From assembly GCA_964016885.1 (NCBI GenBank), contig OZ024742.1, positions 330,274,001-330,338,000 of the forward strand: DNA of 64,000 nt. Direction: 5' to 3'. Both the position numbers and the translations under genes were made by a program. Below, piece by piece: positions 16,170 to 30,605 of the stretch (positions are counted from its first letter, which is position 1; each line of letters starts with the position of its first letter). The notes beneath the pieces are model-generated. The model was not told the DNA's origin and made no database searches. It saw only the letters and a list, made by a program, of their open reading frames with translations. Source of the stretch: Eledone cirrhosa (Eukaryota).

Positions 16170-18231
16170 AAACGAGTTCAATCTATGTCTGCAGCAACTG
16201 AATAAATTATTCCTTAAATTAAGGGAATGTTTGGTCTTTAATATAAAGAATATTTCCTCTATTAAAAGATCGCAATTTTATGAAGAGGAATTAAAAGGAG
16301 TAGCTTTTGAAATAATATTCCAAATCAGCGAATATTCAACATTAACTCGTTTTAGGTTTCATAATAGGCTAGATAGCGAAGTTGAAGATTTTTTGTTTGG
16401 ATCTGTAAAATAATTTTTATCATTATTGAAGCGGGATTTAAACTCTGTGGAGGTAGAACCGACATAATTAAATGAATTTAAATTAGTTTTTTACATTACA
16501 ATTATAAACTACATTTTTAGCTAAGCAGTTGTTATTTAACGAACAGTTGGATTCATTTTTACAGTTACAATTATTCGATTGAATATTGCTTGGGTTATTA
16601 TTGGTATTTTGCTTAGGTTTTAAATTTCTATTATTAATTCTATTAATATTTTGCGCTAAATTTTTGGTGGAAGAGTAAGGTAATTTTATAGTATGTCTAT
16701 TAAAAATTGAGTAATATATATGTGTTCTAGGGAAGCGTTTGTCAAGAGCTTTAAATAATAGTTTAGCAATAGGGGTTTTAATATTTAGTGAGAAAGGAAG
16801 AGCGAACCATAGTATATTCCTAGTTCTATTTTTTTTCGGCTTTCGGAATTATTGTAATGTTTTCTATTATAGTTGTTAAAATTGTTACCATAGTTAAAAT
16901 TGTTATTATTTTGGTTAGTTTTTATATTATTATTATTATCGATGTATTTAATTTTATTTCTATACCCAGCTTTACCTAACGCTTCGTTGTAATAATGCGC
17001 TTTTTCATCAAATATATTCTTATTAGATGAAATTCTTGACATTCGTTCTTGTACAGAGTTCACTATAGTATTTTTAACGGATCTGGGGTGATTAGAGTTA
17101 AAATTGACTTAATTTAAGTTCTCATTTAGTTTGTGAAATGGACAATAAACACATGTGTTAAGATTTAGTGTTACATCTAGAAAACTGACTATTTTATGGT
17201 TATTCTCTATTTATACTTTTAGATTAAGGTATTTAAAAAATTGTATAATTTGTTTTCTTTTTCTATTTAGTTCACAGGTATTATTTTCTATAAGTAAAAG
17301 CATGTCGTCACGATATAAACCTCCGGTAACACCTGGTATTTTTCTATGTAGAGAATTAATTATAAATAGGCCCACAAGGTCCGTTACCTGAGCTGAGTCT
17401 GAAGATCCCATAGTTATGTCGAAATTATTATTTCTATCTCCCCTAGTTCAGAGTTGGTTATTAAATTCTATTAATGTTTTCCGTGCCGATAATATAATGT
17501 GCATTTCATTGCTAGTTAAGTCTGTATGTTTAAATGCGTAAGTTAGTGCCTTATTCAGTAGATTAGGAGTGATAGATGAGTAGTAGTTAGCAATATCCAA
17601 CTGAATAAACTTATTATTATAGTTATATTTAATTTCTTTAAACCAATCGATAACCTCACTAGTCCCTTTCCATAATTTTAAGTAAGATAAATTAGGTAAA
17701 TTCTTAATTTGTTGTATTATTCTGTCTAGAATATTTTTGCTAAGTCTGCCAAGGTCAGATTTAGATGGTGCAATTAATCTGACTGGTAAATCATTTTCAA
17801 AGTTTCTTTTATGATCCTTCATATTAACCTTAGGTTTCCTTGGCATGAAGGCTTGTGTTTTAATTTCAATGTCTAGTTCATGCATTATACAAGATGAATC
17901 TGGATTCAGTATTTCAAGGTCGTCCTTATTTGCAACTGTGTATTTCTTCCTTAGTTCCTTCAATATAAGGTCGTTATAAATGTCCTTTTGTATTCCGTAA
18001 AGATTATTGGTTTTGTCCGACTTGACTAGAATTTTCTCCGTTTTCTCCATGTTTTCAATATTATCCTTAATATCTCTTAAGTAATCTTGGCCTTTGAAGT
18101 TGTTTTTGAATTTGATGCTTTGGACGATAGATATGATATCATTTTCAAAATCCATTAGTAGTTTGTTGGGGGGTGGATTTTGTTTAGATTTGAAGATTTT
18201 ATCCAGATTTGAAACATTTTCATTTAGATTA
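16170..18231 (-). pseudogene. PLE RT plus GIY-YIG remnant, family C (Naiad-like)
   Basis: KSDKTNN, KDHK, RLIAPSKSDLG, LDIANYYSSI, MGSSDSAQVTDLVG, LYRDD, CNC..C, YVGST; several stops and frameshifts. Confidence 0.92.
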
Positions 18232-18470
18232 GATCCAAACAAAAAATCTTCAACTTCGCTATCTCGCCTATTATGGGACCGAAAACGATATAATGTTGAA
18301 TATTCGCTGATTTGGAATATTATTTCAAAAGCTACTCCTTTTAATTCCTCTTCATAAAATTGCATTCTTTGTATAGAGGAAATATTCTTTATATTAAAGA
18401 CCACAAATTCCCTTAATTTAAGGAATAATTTATTCAGTTTCTGCAGACATAGATTGAACTCAACGTTTAA
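18232..18470 (+). pseudogene. Duplicate GIY-YIG C-terminal fragment (right arm of C)
   Basis: DPNKKSSTSLSRLLW...W.IISKATPF...CILC...LN.R...CRH. Confidence 0.8.
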
Positions 18471-20217
18471 ATATAAATTTACATGTAAAATGTAGTATAA
18501 TTAATTAAGTAATTTATATTTTTATTTTTTATTTTTTATTTTTTATTTTTTATTTTTTATTTTTATTTTTATGTTTTTATTTTTTTTATTTTTAATATTT
18601 TTTTTTTATTTTTTTATTTTTTTGGTATATATTTTATTTATTTTTTTATTAGGTTTGTTTTTATTCTGATAGCTTCTCATAATTTTCAAAACTTTATCCT
18701 TTCAATATTTTGAGTAAAAATACCAGGGGTAAAATATACGTAAGATAAATTTCTATACTAAATCTATTAAACATATTATTTTAACTTAAAATATTCTATA
18801 TTTTAAAATATTTTAATATTTTAATATTTGTAGAATTCTTGTGTTTTTAAGTTATATTGATATAATTATATTTCCAAAATATAATCCTTTTGTATTTTAT
18901 GTACTCAATTATACTATGTTATATATTGATGTATACTTATCTCTATACGACTATGTATGTATGTGTGTGTATTAACATACATATAATGTGTTATATGCAT
19001 ATTTAATGAATATATGTCTGTCTGTATATATGCATGAGTGACGCGTGTCTACCAATTGGGAGAGGATGCGCACACATGTTTATATATGTATATGTAAGAA
19101 TTATGTGTGTACATATACATGTGAACCCATACAATTTTGATTGCAGATAGGCATAATTTAACAGCCATAAATACATGAAAGTTAATCCTATATATTTATA
19201 TATATATACTAATTTTTTTTTATTTAATAACACAAGGGATGTATAACATTAATAAAAAAAAATAATTTTTATTTGTATGCATATATTATATACGGGAGTA
19301 GATGTAGTGTGTATTTTCTGAGTGTGTGTATATATACATTTATGTGTATTTTTGCGTATATGTACGTGCTATATGATAGGTAATATCACTAGCAACATAT
19401 ATATTTCGTAATGTTTAAATTCCAATTTTTAATATATTGATCTCAATTTTTAAACTAAATGTCTAATCATAGTTAAACAATGATTAATTTATCATATTAT
19501 ATATTTATATTCCATTCATGAATATTAATATTTCTAATTTTATTTATTCATTTCATCTCAATTGTTAACTTAACTTAATATGACATGACTTAAGGTTTTC
19601 GTTCTCTCCCCTCTCTCTCTATCTCTATATTTCTCTCTCTTGATTTTTTCTCTCTGTCTGGTGCTTTGATATATATCTCTTGTTTTTCTCTGTTTTCTTT
19701 TTTTCTTTTTTCTTTCTTCTTTTTCTTTATTTATCTCTCCCTTTCTTTCTCCACTTTTCTCTCTCTCCGTTTTTTCTCTCTGTCCGTCTTTTTTCTTCTC
19801 CGTAACACAACCACTTACTAAAATAAACAAATCCACTATCCTTGATGTCTTCCAAAAGTAACGTTGCATTTTGAAAGGGTACGTCAATGTTTATTTATAA
19901 AACTGGTATATATTGTATTTTGTCTGATGAAAGCATACCATAATTTAACATGGTACGCTTGAAATATGTATAATAAAATAGATACGGTTTTATAAATATA
20001 GTTTCCATTTGTTAATATCGTATATATATATAAATATATAATTATATGTGTGTGTATGTGTGTGTGTGTGTGTGTATGTGTGTATGTGTGTGTGTGTGTA
20101 TGTGTGTGTGTGTGGGGGGGGGGGGTAAATATATATATACATAAACGAATGAATTGTGGTAATGAACCAGATGGACCATAACGCACCAAAGTACTCAATA
20201 CTTATGCTAGTAGAGTG

Positions 20218-20315
20218 AGTATGACCCCGACAGCAGAGCTCAAGCAATTTCGACGGTAATTTCTGTCCAGAAATAGCCGTCGAAACGGCTTGAGCTCTGC
20301 CGTCGGGGTCATACT
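20218..20315. repeat. 48 bp-arm hairpin with 2 nt loop between TA tracts
   Basis: agtatgaccccgacagcagagctcaagc...ttctg tc cagaa...gcttgagctctgccgtcggggtcatact. Confidence 0.9.
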
Positions 20316-20338
20316 TGTTCCTACATATATATATATAC

Positions 20339-22110
<1,772 letters not shown>

Positions 22111-22392
22111 TATATACGTAGGCGTATGTAATCGTTGGTATGCACATTTTGTTTCTCGTTAAGAGCATTTGTTTTTTAATTTTAAATTCGGTTCAGAAAG
22201 TTTACCCCGTATTCTTTCTAGCTGTATCGCTGAGGTGATTATTAAGTGTGTTGCTAAGAAGGGCAGCCGCTGTAATCAGGACACCATCTTGCAAACGAAG
22301 CATATCGTGAGGTCCGCCATTCTAATCAATTTTTAACAGTTACATTCGCTTTAGACGTGTGTTGTCTTACCTAATTTTATTAGTACTGCCGT

Positions 22393-23592
22393 TGGATTGG
22401 CTGTATCGGTAGAAGGTCGTACGCTATGCTTTGACGCATAGAGTTACTGCCCTTGCCATTCTGTGTTCAAATACCGCCGAGGTTAACTTAATGCATTGGG
22501 TAATTGCTGGCCTTGTGCCAAAAGTAGAAACAATTATTAATACAGCAGTTAACAGCCATGAACGGTTCAAAATATAGTTGGGTAGATTAAGAAAGCTGTA
22601 CTATCTATCTATTTGCCCTACAACTTCGGTAATTGTACTGTTTATCCCGCATGGATTGGCAGTATCAGTAGAGGGTCGGACGCCATGCTTAGACGCATAG
22701 AGTTATGGCCCTTCCCATTCTGAGTTTAAATCCCGCCGAGTATAACTTTGCTTTTCATCCTTACGGGTTCGATAAAATAAAGTACCAGTAATGCACTGGG
22801 TATTTGCTGGCCTTGTGCAAAAAGTAGAAACAATTATTTTGTAATAATAAGGGCGGTGATTTAGCAGCATCCCTAGACGATTGGACACCTTGGTTTCCAG
22901 CATAGAGTAACGTCCCTTCATGATCTGTGTTCAAATCCCGCCGAGGTTAACTTTGCCTTTCATCCTCGCGGACTCAATAAAATAAAGTACCAGTCACGCA
23001 CTGGGGTGGATTTCCCTCCCCCAAATTGCTGGCCTTGTGCCTATATCAGAAACCATTATTTTGTAATGATTGTATTGGCAGTATCGGGAGAAATTTGGAC
23101 GCCATGCTTTACAACATTGAGTTACGGCCCTTTATGATCTGAGTTCAAATCCCACGGATGTTAACTTTCCCTTTCATCCTTACGAGATCGATAACAAGTA
23201 ATATACTGGAGAAATTGTTGACCTTGTGCCAAAATCAAGATCAATTATTTTATAATAATGAGGTGGATTGGCAATACGATGCTTCACGGCAGAGAGTTAT
23301 GGAGAGTTACATTCTGAGCTGCAATCCCTTCGAGGTTTGCTTTGCCTTCCATCCTTATGGGATCGATAAAATAAAGCACGATTAATGCACTGGTGTCGAT
23401 TTAATCGATTTCCCATCCCCTTAAAATCGCTAGCCATGTGCCTATAGTCCAAATCATTTAATAATAAGCGTTGATTCTGAGTTCAAATCCCGCCGAGATT
23501 AAATTTGCTTTCATCCTTACGGGGTCGATAAAATAAAGTACCAGTAATGTACTGGATAATTACTGGCCTTGGGCCAAAAGTAGAAACAATAA
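22393..23592 (+). mobile_element. Head-to-tail cluster of six SINE copies
   Basis: Copies at ~22393-22540, 22652-22840, 22851-23060, 23071-23250, 23261-23460 and 23477-23592, all homologous to 2708-2888. Confidence 0.85.
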
Positions 23593-25422
23593 GCGTTGAT
23601 TCGACAGTGTATGCACTCAGTCCCGATCTGTGGCTCATTGCCAAGGCGAGAATTATGATTATGTTATATGCATAAATAATATCGTTTCCATATGGACATA
23701 TACTGCCCTTACACGCCAAATTCATCAATCTCAGATTAGTCACCACACTTTGCTAATAATATCATGAATAAACATTCAAGTAATTAGTTTTCTTTTACAA
23801 TACAATACTTATTGATCTTTTCATTTCATTTCCTTTTGTTTTGCTCTTTATTTAGCACTTTATCATATTCAGATGTGATTGAATGTATAGATGGCTTGAG
23901 GTAGAACACACTAGTGTCAGTTATATGAAAATAGAAAATCTTTAATGATTGTTTTTCACACATTAAGTAATCTATTGACCCGGAGGTGAGGAATGTTTAA
24001 TATACGTCAGGTCTTCGGTGCAATTTACCACGTTTACTGCGAGAGGAAAACGATAAGATATCCCAACAGACCATCACTTGAAGAATGAGACAATGGTCAA
24101 ATGTGCCAAACTTACTAAGCAATTTATTCTAGTGGTTTCTTATTCTTCATACATTCTTTTCACACGGTAATAGTTCCACTTACTTATATAGGTCATATAG
24201 TTTTGCTCTTTCTCTATGACGTATGAAACAGCTTTTCACATATGAATTACTTTACACATTTGCAAATACACACACAAACACAGTAACACATTTAATGTGT
24301 CTCAAAGCCTCGGGCATCATCTAACAATAGCATCACACAATAGCCTATTTGCTAATTACTGAATGTTTTAAACATTTATGCAAACATGGGATATACATCC
24401 CACAATAAAACTAGTCACTTAGCGACATTGATATATCCATCACATTTATTATTTATTTCCGTAAATAAACAAGAACATTCAATCCTCATAGAAAGATACC
24501 CTGCCCAAAGACTGCATCTCGTGATTTATAATCTCGGAATTTTGACAGATTATAAATGCGGGTTTTTCATACATTTTTTATTTATCGCGATCATTTATTC
24601 ATTTATTACATATATATCATAGTTACTTGGGATTTTAGTTCAAGCTCGGGAGCACTGTTGTATTGATTAGTTTCATCGTGTGTTGAAAAGAGATGGTAGT
24701 TTAAAACGGCATCGTAGATCCCCTATCACTTACTGAGGGACACAATACACCTTTATATATAATAGCCAGATATTTCCCGGAATTTCGTGAAATGAGATGT
24801 TTTTTACATGTAGAAAAGTTAAGTGTGTCTCCAAATTCGTTTATCCACTAAATCCTGGAAATAAATAATATTTGTTACGAATTTATCATAGTGTAAAATA
24901 TTCAAGTTAGTTGTGTGCAGTTAATATGTAATATTTGCATTTCACTGGCTCTGTAGGTTTTAGCCAAGAGCATCCTCTGGTACAAACGCACCAGCATTGT
25001 CTTTCTATCAGCCAATCATCTTGGTCCATTGATTTTGTTTAAATGTTTTAAGCAGGATGGCAATTTGATGATAATTTCCCTATACAGGATTAAACTTTTG
25101 TAGTAAGAATACCGTTCTAGGTTTCGCCCATAACATTTTACATGCAGTTGATTTTGCAACAATTGTAAGCATAATTCGTAAGGAGAAATCAGGCGTTACT
25201 TGTTTGTGAATCAGAAGTTAATATACTTCTCCCGTGATGATTGTGTGACATTTAGTTATATTACGAACTCCACGAATATTTACATCCAAATTTCCCTTCC
25301 TACCAAATGTGTCAAAATAATCCCAGGTAGAAGCAGTTAGAACGTTGATGGTAGAGCTATCGATTATACAGTAAGGTGTTTGTGGTTTTATTACAAATAG
25401 GCGGTTGTTATTTAGTCAACCA

Positions 25423-25550
25423 GTTCTTCTTCTTCTTCTTCTTCTTCTTCTTCTTCTTCTTCTTCTTCTTCTTCTTCTTCTTCTTCTTCTTCTTCTTCTT
25501 CTTCTTCTTCTTCTTCTTCTTCTTCTTCTTCTTCTTCTTCTTCTTCTTCT
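25423..25550. repeat. (CTT)n perfect microsatellite
   Basis: Direct. Confidence 0.97.
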
Positions 25551-26799
25551 CTACAGCCATCACTTGTACAACGTCGAAGAGCCTCTTTCAGGTCCCTTTG
25601 TTTTGCATAGCTATCTGAAGATCCCTTGTCTTCAACCAAGTTTCATCTTCTAGGATATTATGTTCCGTAGTGTGATATCATGTCTTCCGAGACGTCTACA
25701 TACATCTGGTTTTCAGGGAAGAACTCTGGCAACAAACCTTTGTGATGTTAACATATCTAGCTAATACGACTCTTCCACCCTTTATGATATCGGGTAGGCG
25801 AAGATGTGAACTGTAGAGCGATTTATTACCTACAGATTTGCCATATTTCAGCATGATGTCTCATTTACTGATTATTGTTCGCATCTAAGGTCACTTGTTT
25901 TAACCTTAGTGTCTCTCGTCTTTGGCCATCCGCATAGGATTTGGAGAATAAATTTTTCATAACGCCTGAGGTGGTTGTTTGTGAATACTTCATTGTATTT
26001 TTATCTAATGATAGAAATCAAAATACCGAAATGTATGTATGTATGCATACATACACATATATTGAACTAAAGACATCGAGATTGAGACATATACATATAT
26101 TTACTTGTGTGAATGAATGTACGTAAGAAATGACGGAAGAGTTAGTTAACCAGTTCATTGATCTCAACTGAGCCAGTGGTTTTGTGTAACATAGGTAACC
26201 TGATGATACGAGATGCATCATTTAATAGGAATCAGGGGATCCAAGGACTATTGCCCAGAGTGCTTTGTTATAAACAGGGTACTAGAATACTCTAGGCAAG
26301 ATTTGTTGATATTCGAAGAAATATACACAACAGAGTCTCTAACACGTGTCTCTATGCAATTATGCATTGTAAAAGGGTTACCACGTCCACATAAGCTCAG
26401 TTTCCTCCGAACCTTTAAGATATAAGGCAGATTTGAAACACACAGTGTGGAATTATGAGATCACGTGCCGATTGTATACCGAGGTTTCATATGTTTAAGC
26501 AGTATTTCTACGTAAATTAAAGCCTACCAAACTGTCAGCCGCCATTCGATATTTTATTTATGCGTTTAGATTGTCTACAGAATCAAGAAATACGTAAAGA
26601 AAGGTTTTAACAGTTGAAAGACTTAAATATACTTATTAATTGGGATTTTTCATGCACATTTCTATAAGTCCCAGTCAAAGGCAACTGATTACACATTAGC
26701 CTCTCAGTGCAAATTTTAACAGATTGTTGAATTTACTCATAGTAAAATGAAGCAAATTAGTACACGTAGTTCTCTACTCCTGCCACACTTATGAGAATA

Positions 26800-27373
<574 letters not shown>

Positions 27374-28050
27374 ACAGCTTCACTTGTTTCTCTCGTTATT
27401 GTTGTCCTGCATAAGGCAATGACTTTTATATCGTGCAAATTCTGCATTTTATTATTTCAATTGACAACATACGAGGTTTTCAATAATATCCCGTCACCAA
27501 GTGCTTAGCTAATAACTCTTAACGCAAGGCGAAGTAACATGAGGAGAAAGAAAAATAAATTGCAATAAAACTGTTATGAGAATGTACAATCATTTGAGAA
27601 CGAGTACTGAATATATTTTATTCTTTTTTCGAATAATCGATGTAAAACTTTATTTCTTCCTTCATTTGTATTCCGTTTTCTGATTTAGTGGAAGGCTTTT
27701 TTTATCATGACATATATAGGTGAGGTTATAGAACAGAAGATTTTATGGTAATATCAGAAAACAATATCTGCATAATTCTAATTTTATATTATTATTCATA
27801 GCACAATAGCAAAACGGAATATCTGTTGGATATAGAAATAAAAAGCAATTACCGAAATGCATAAAGTATTTATTCCCTTAGAAAATAGTTAAGGTAGAAG
27901 TATTTAGATCAATAGAGAAGGAAATAGCGTTGGTTTGGCAAAACTTTGAATTTACTGTCACCTTTCAATAAATAAATATTAAACACGCAAACCCATATTG
28001 TGTTCGTTATTCAATAAAACTTTTTGTTTCAATAGATGATGAAATCCTCC

Positions 28051-28132
<82 letters not shown>

Positions 28133-28136
<4 letters not shown>

Positions 28137-28641
28137 AGATGAACGGAACAAGCAGATATTAAACAATCTTTTAAATAAATAAAAAAAATACGATTTAAAT
28201 GTTCACCTTGTGTAGGGAACAAAACGTTGTATCTTGCTGCTATTTTTAGTGGCGTGGCAAACAAGTGTATAATATTCCCGCTTTTACTAACGGCCTGTTC
28301 ATGTGTGGGTCACTTTAACGGCCTCACCTCATACCTCGGGCAGTAAGCGATATATTTAGAAACTGTGAGACGTTATGTCCTATATAATGGAAATAGCTAT
28401 CTGAAGAGCTGATCTTTCCGTTGCGAATTCTCTGAATTTCCAATCTTTTGTGAAGCTAAACCGTGGGTAACAGCATTTTGGACAGGTGAATATTTAAATC
28501 GTATATTAATTTATTTAAAAGATTGTTTAATGTTTGCTTGTTCCGCTCATCTCAATTTTATAGTTACGGTATCTCAACTTAATACCATTGAACAACAAAT
28601 GCCTCATAGACGCCCTATATATTTCCGTAGGTACATAGTAC
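28133..28641 (+). mobile_element. Family L small foldback with degenerate HHR
   Basis: 28133-28213 inverted versus 28482-28556; gctat CTGAAGA gct...agc TAAA...GTA acagc at 28396-28474 (G12 mutated); ~85 nt tail. Confidence 0.7.
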
Positions 28642-28675
28642 ATGTGGGGATATTAATCTCATTATATATATATAT

Positions 28676-28854
<179 letters not shown>

Positions 28855-29181
28855 ATGAGATTCATATATATATATAAATTAAAACAATGAAATAAAAAAT
28901 CAAGTCATCAGATATATACTTCACTGCTTTACGATCGTTTCTAGATGGTGATAATACATTGTATCTATACTCAGTTATTGATCTATGTAAGTTTACAAAC
29001 TATCAGATAGAGAGGATATTTACTTACATGCATATCTTCAGCCGTTTTCAAAAGCAATAATAATTTTATTCAATAATAATCTTACTCAGAATTAGTAGCA
29101 TGTTAGTATCATGTCCTTACTATCACTACTATGGACCAAAACACAAAACCTAACAAAAACTAATAACACCAAAAAATACCA

Positions 29182-30331
29182 TTGAAACAAATACCTAAAG
29201 TGGTTATTCCTATTACACCAAACAACCGAAAGACCACAACAACTATTACTACTCGATCTATTACCAATGTTGTCAAACCACATATGAATACCAAGCACTC
29301 AAAAGCTCATAATCTACCAAACAAAAACACCAAATACAACCACGATAATTTACCAAATTCCACAAATAAGGACACTAACCATAGAACACAACACAATAAT
29401 ATAAAGGATAATAAAAACTTAACTAAAAATCGCAAAAGAAACATAACATGGTACAACGCACCCTTCAACCTGCAAACTATTGGACAAATCCCCAAAAAAT
29501 TCTTGAAATTCTACATAAACACTTTCCACCAAACCACAGAGCAACCACCAAATATTTAACAAATATACTGTTAAATTTTCATAATCTACATCAAGCAATC
29601 TCAAACAAAAAATAAGCAACTACAACATTTATAAACTTTAAAATAATATGACTACACCACCGCAAAATAATTTAAATAGGACTGTGCGTTTTAAAAAGAC
29701 AAATAATACAATCCTTCAACCTAGAAAACACAAGCACCCAAATCGCCAACACAAAAACTACAGAACACAAAATTACAATACAACTCAAGCAGCAAACCAC
29801 CCACAAAGCAACCTTCATTCTCCTGCTAACATTAATTACAATAGGAATAGCTCAAGGATAAATGAGAATAGTATAGACACCCCCCAAAACCATCTTACCT
29901 ATGGCTGTAATTGCTGAAATAGAAGCATTTGACACTTAAATGGAAATTGTTTCATTAATAATGTAATATATAAAAGCACTGTGTCTACTACAGACCCCAA
30001 CAATACATATATAGGATCGACATCAAACACATTTAAGAAAATATTTTACGCACACTCTAGTAGTTTCAACAATACTAAACTAGCAAGCACCACATCTTTA
30101 GCTGAAGCGGTAAATAATTATAAAAAGAAAAAAATAGATTTCAAGTTATCGTCGAACACCATTCTACAAATAACTCCATACCTTGGGAACAGGAGGAAAT
30201 GCAGATTATGCTCAGGAGAGATCTTGGAAATTACTAAATCTAAGGACGATTTATTAAACAAAAGACAGGAATTAATCATAGTCTGTAATCACCGTATACG
30301 AAAAACATTTAAATACTATAATCCTAATTAA
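29182..30331 (+). pseudogene. PLE linker plus GIY-YIG remnant, family H
   Basis: RKRNITWYNAPFN, CNC, YIGSTSNTFKK, CRLC, LLNKRQE...CNH. Confidence 0.88.
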
Positions 30332-30605
30332 ATACTATAAACCTAATTAAATATTCTAAATAGCAACTCACTATAATTCCGTATAGAATAAGATTTATTA
30401 GTAACTCTTTCCCACAATTGTATCGTTTCATGTTTATTTTTGCCTTTTAATGTTTTAGCTTCCTTAAATGTATGCGTTAATGACTAAAGGCAACAAGATA
30501 CACAACCACTCGTAATTGCATGAGTTAAAATATATATCTATGTATGATATGGAAATATGTTTATGTGTGTGTATATATGGAAATATATTTATGTGTGTGT
30601 ATATA

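Larger units (their letters stand above)
14511..20022 (-). mobile_element. PLE family C foldback: long minus arm 14511-18231, short plus arm 18232-20022
   Basis: 14511-16404 is the reverse complement of 18232-20022; HHRs at 14556-14620(-) and 19916-19980(+). Confidence 0.92.

Noticed and set aside
18232-18404. N-terminal 58 aa of the 318 aa ORF (MVFNIKN...), also seen at 16231
   Set aside because: Antisense reading of the inverted GIY-YIG arm fused at the inversion junction; not a real domain
23600-26780. Complex sequence that may be a decayed LINE or host exons (also 58460-59790 and 380-1150)
   Set aside because: No convincing motif by eye; BLASTX would be needed
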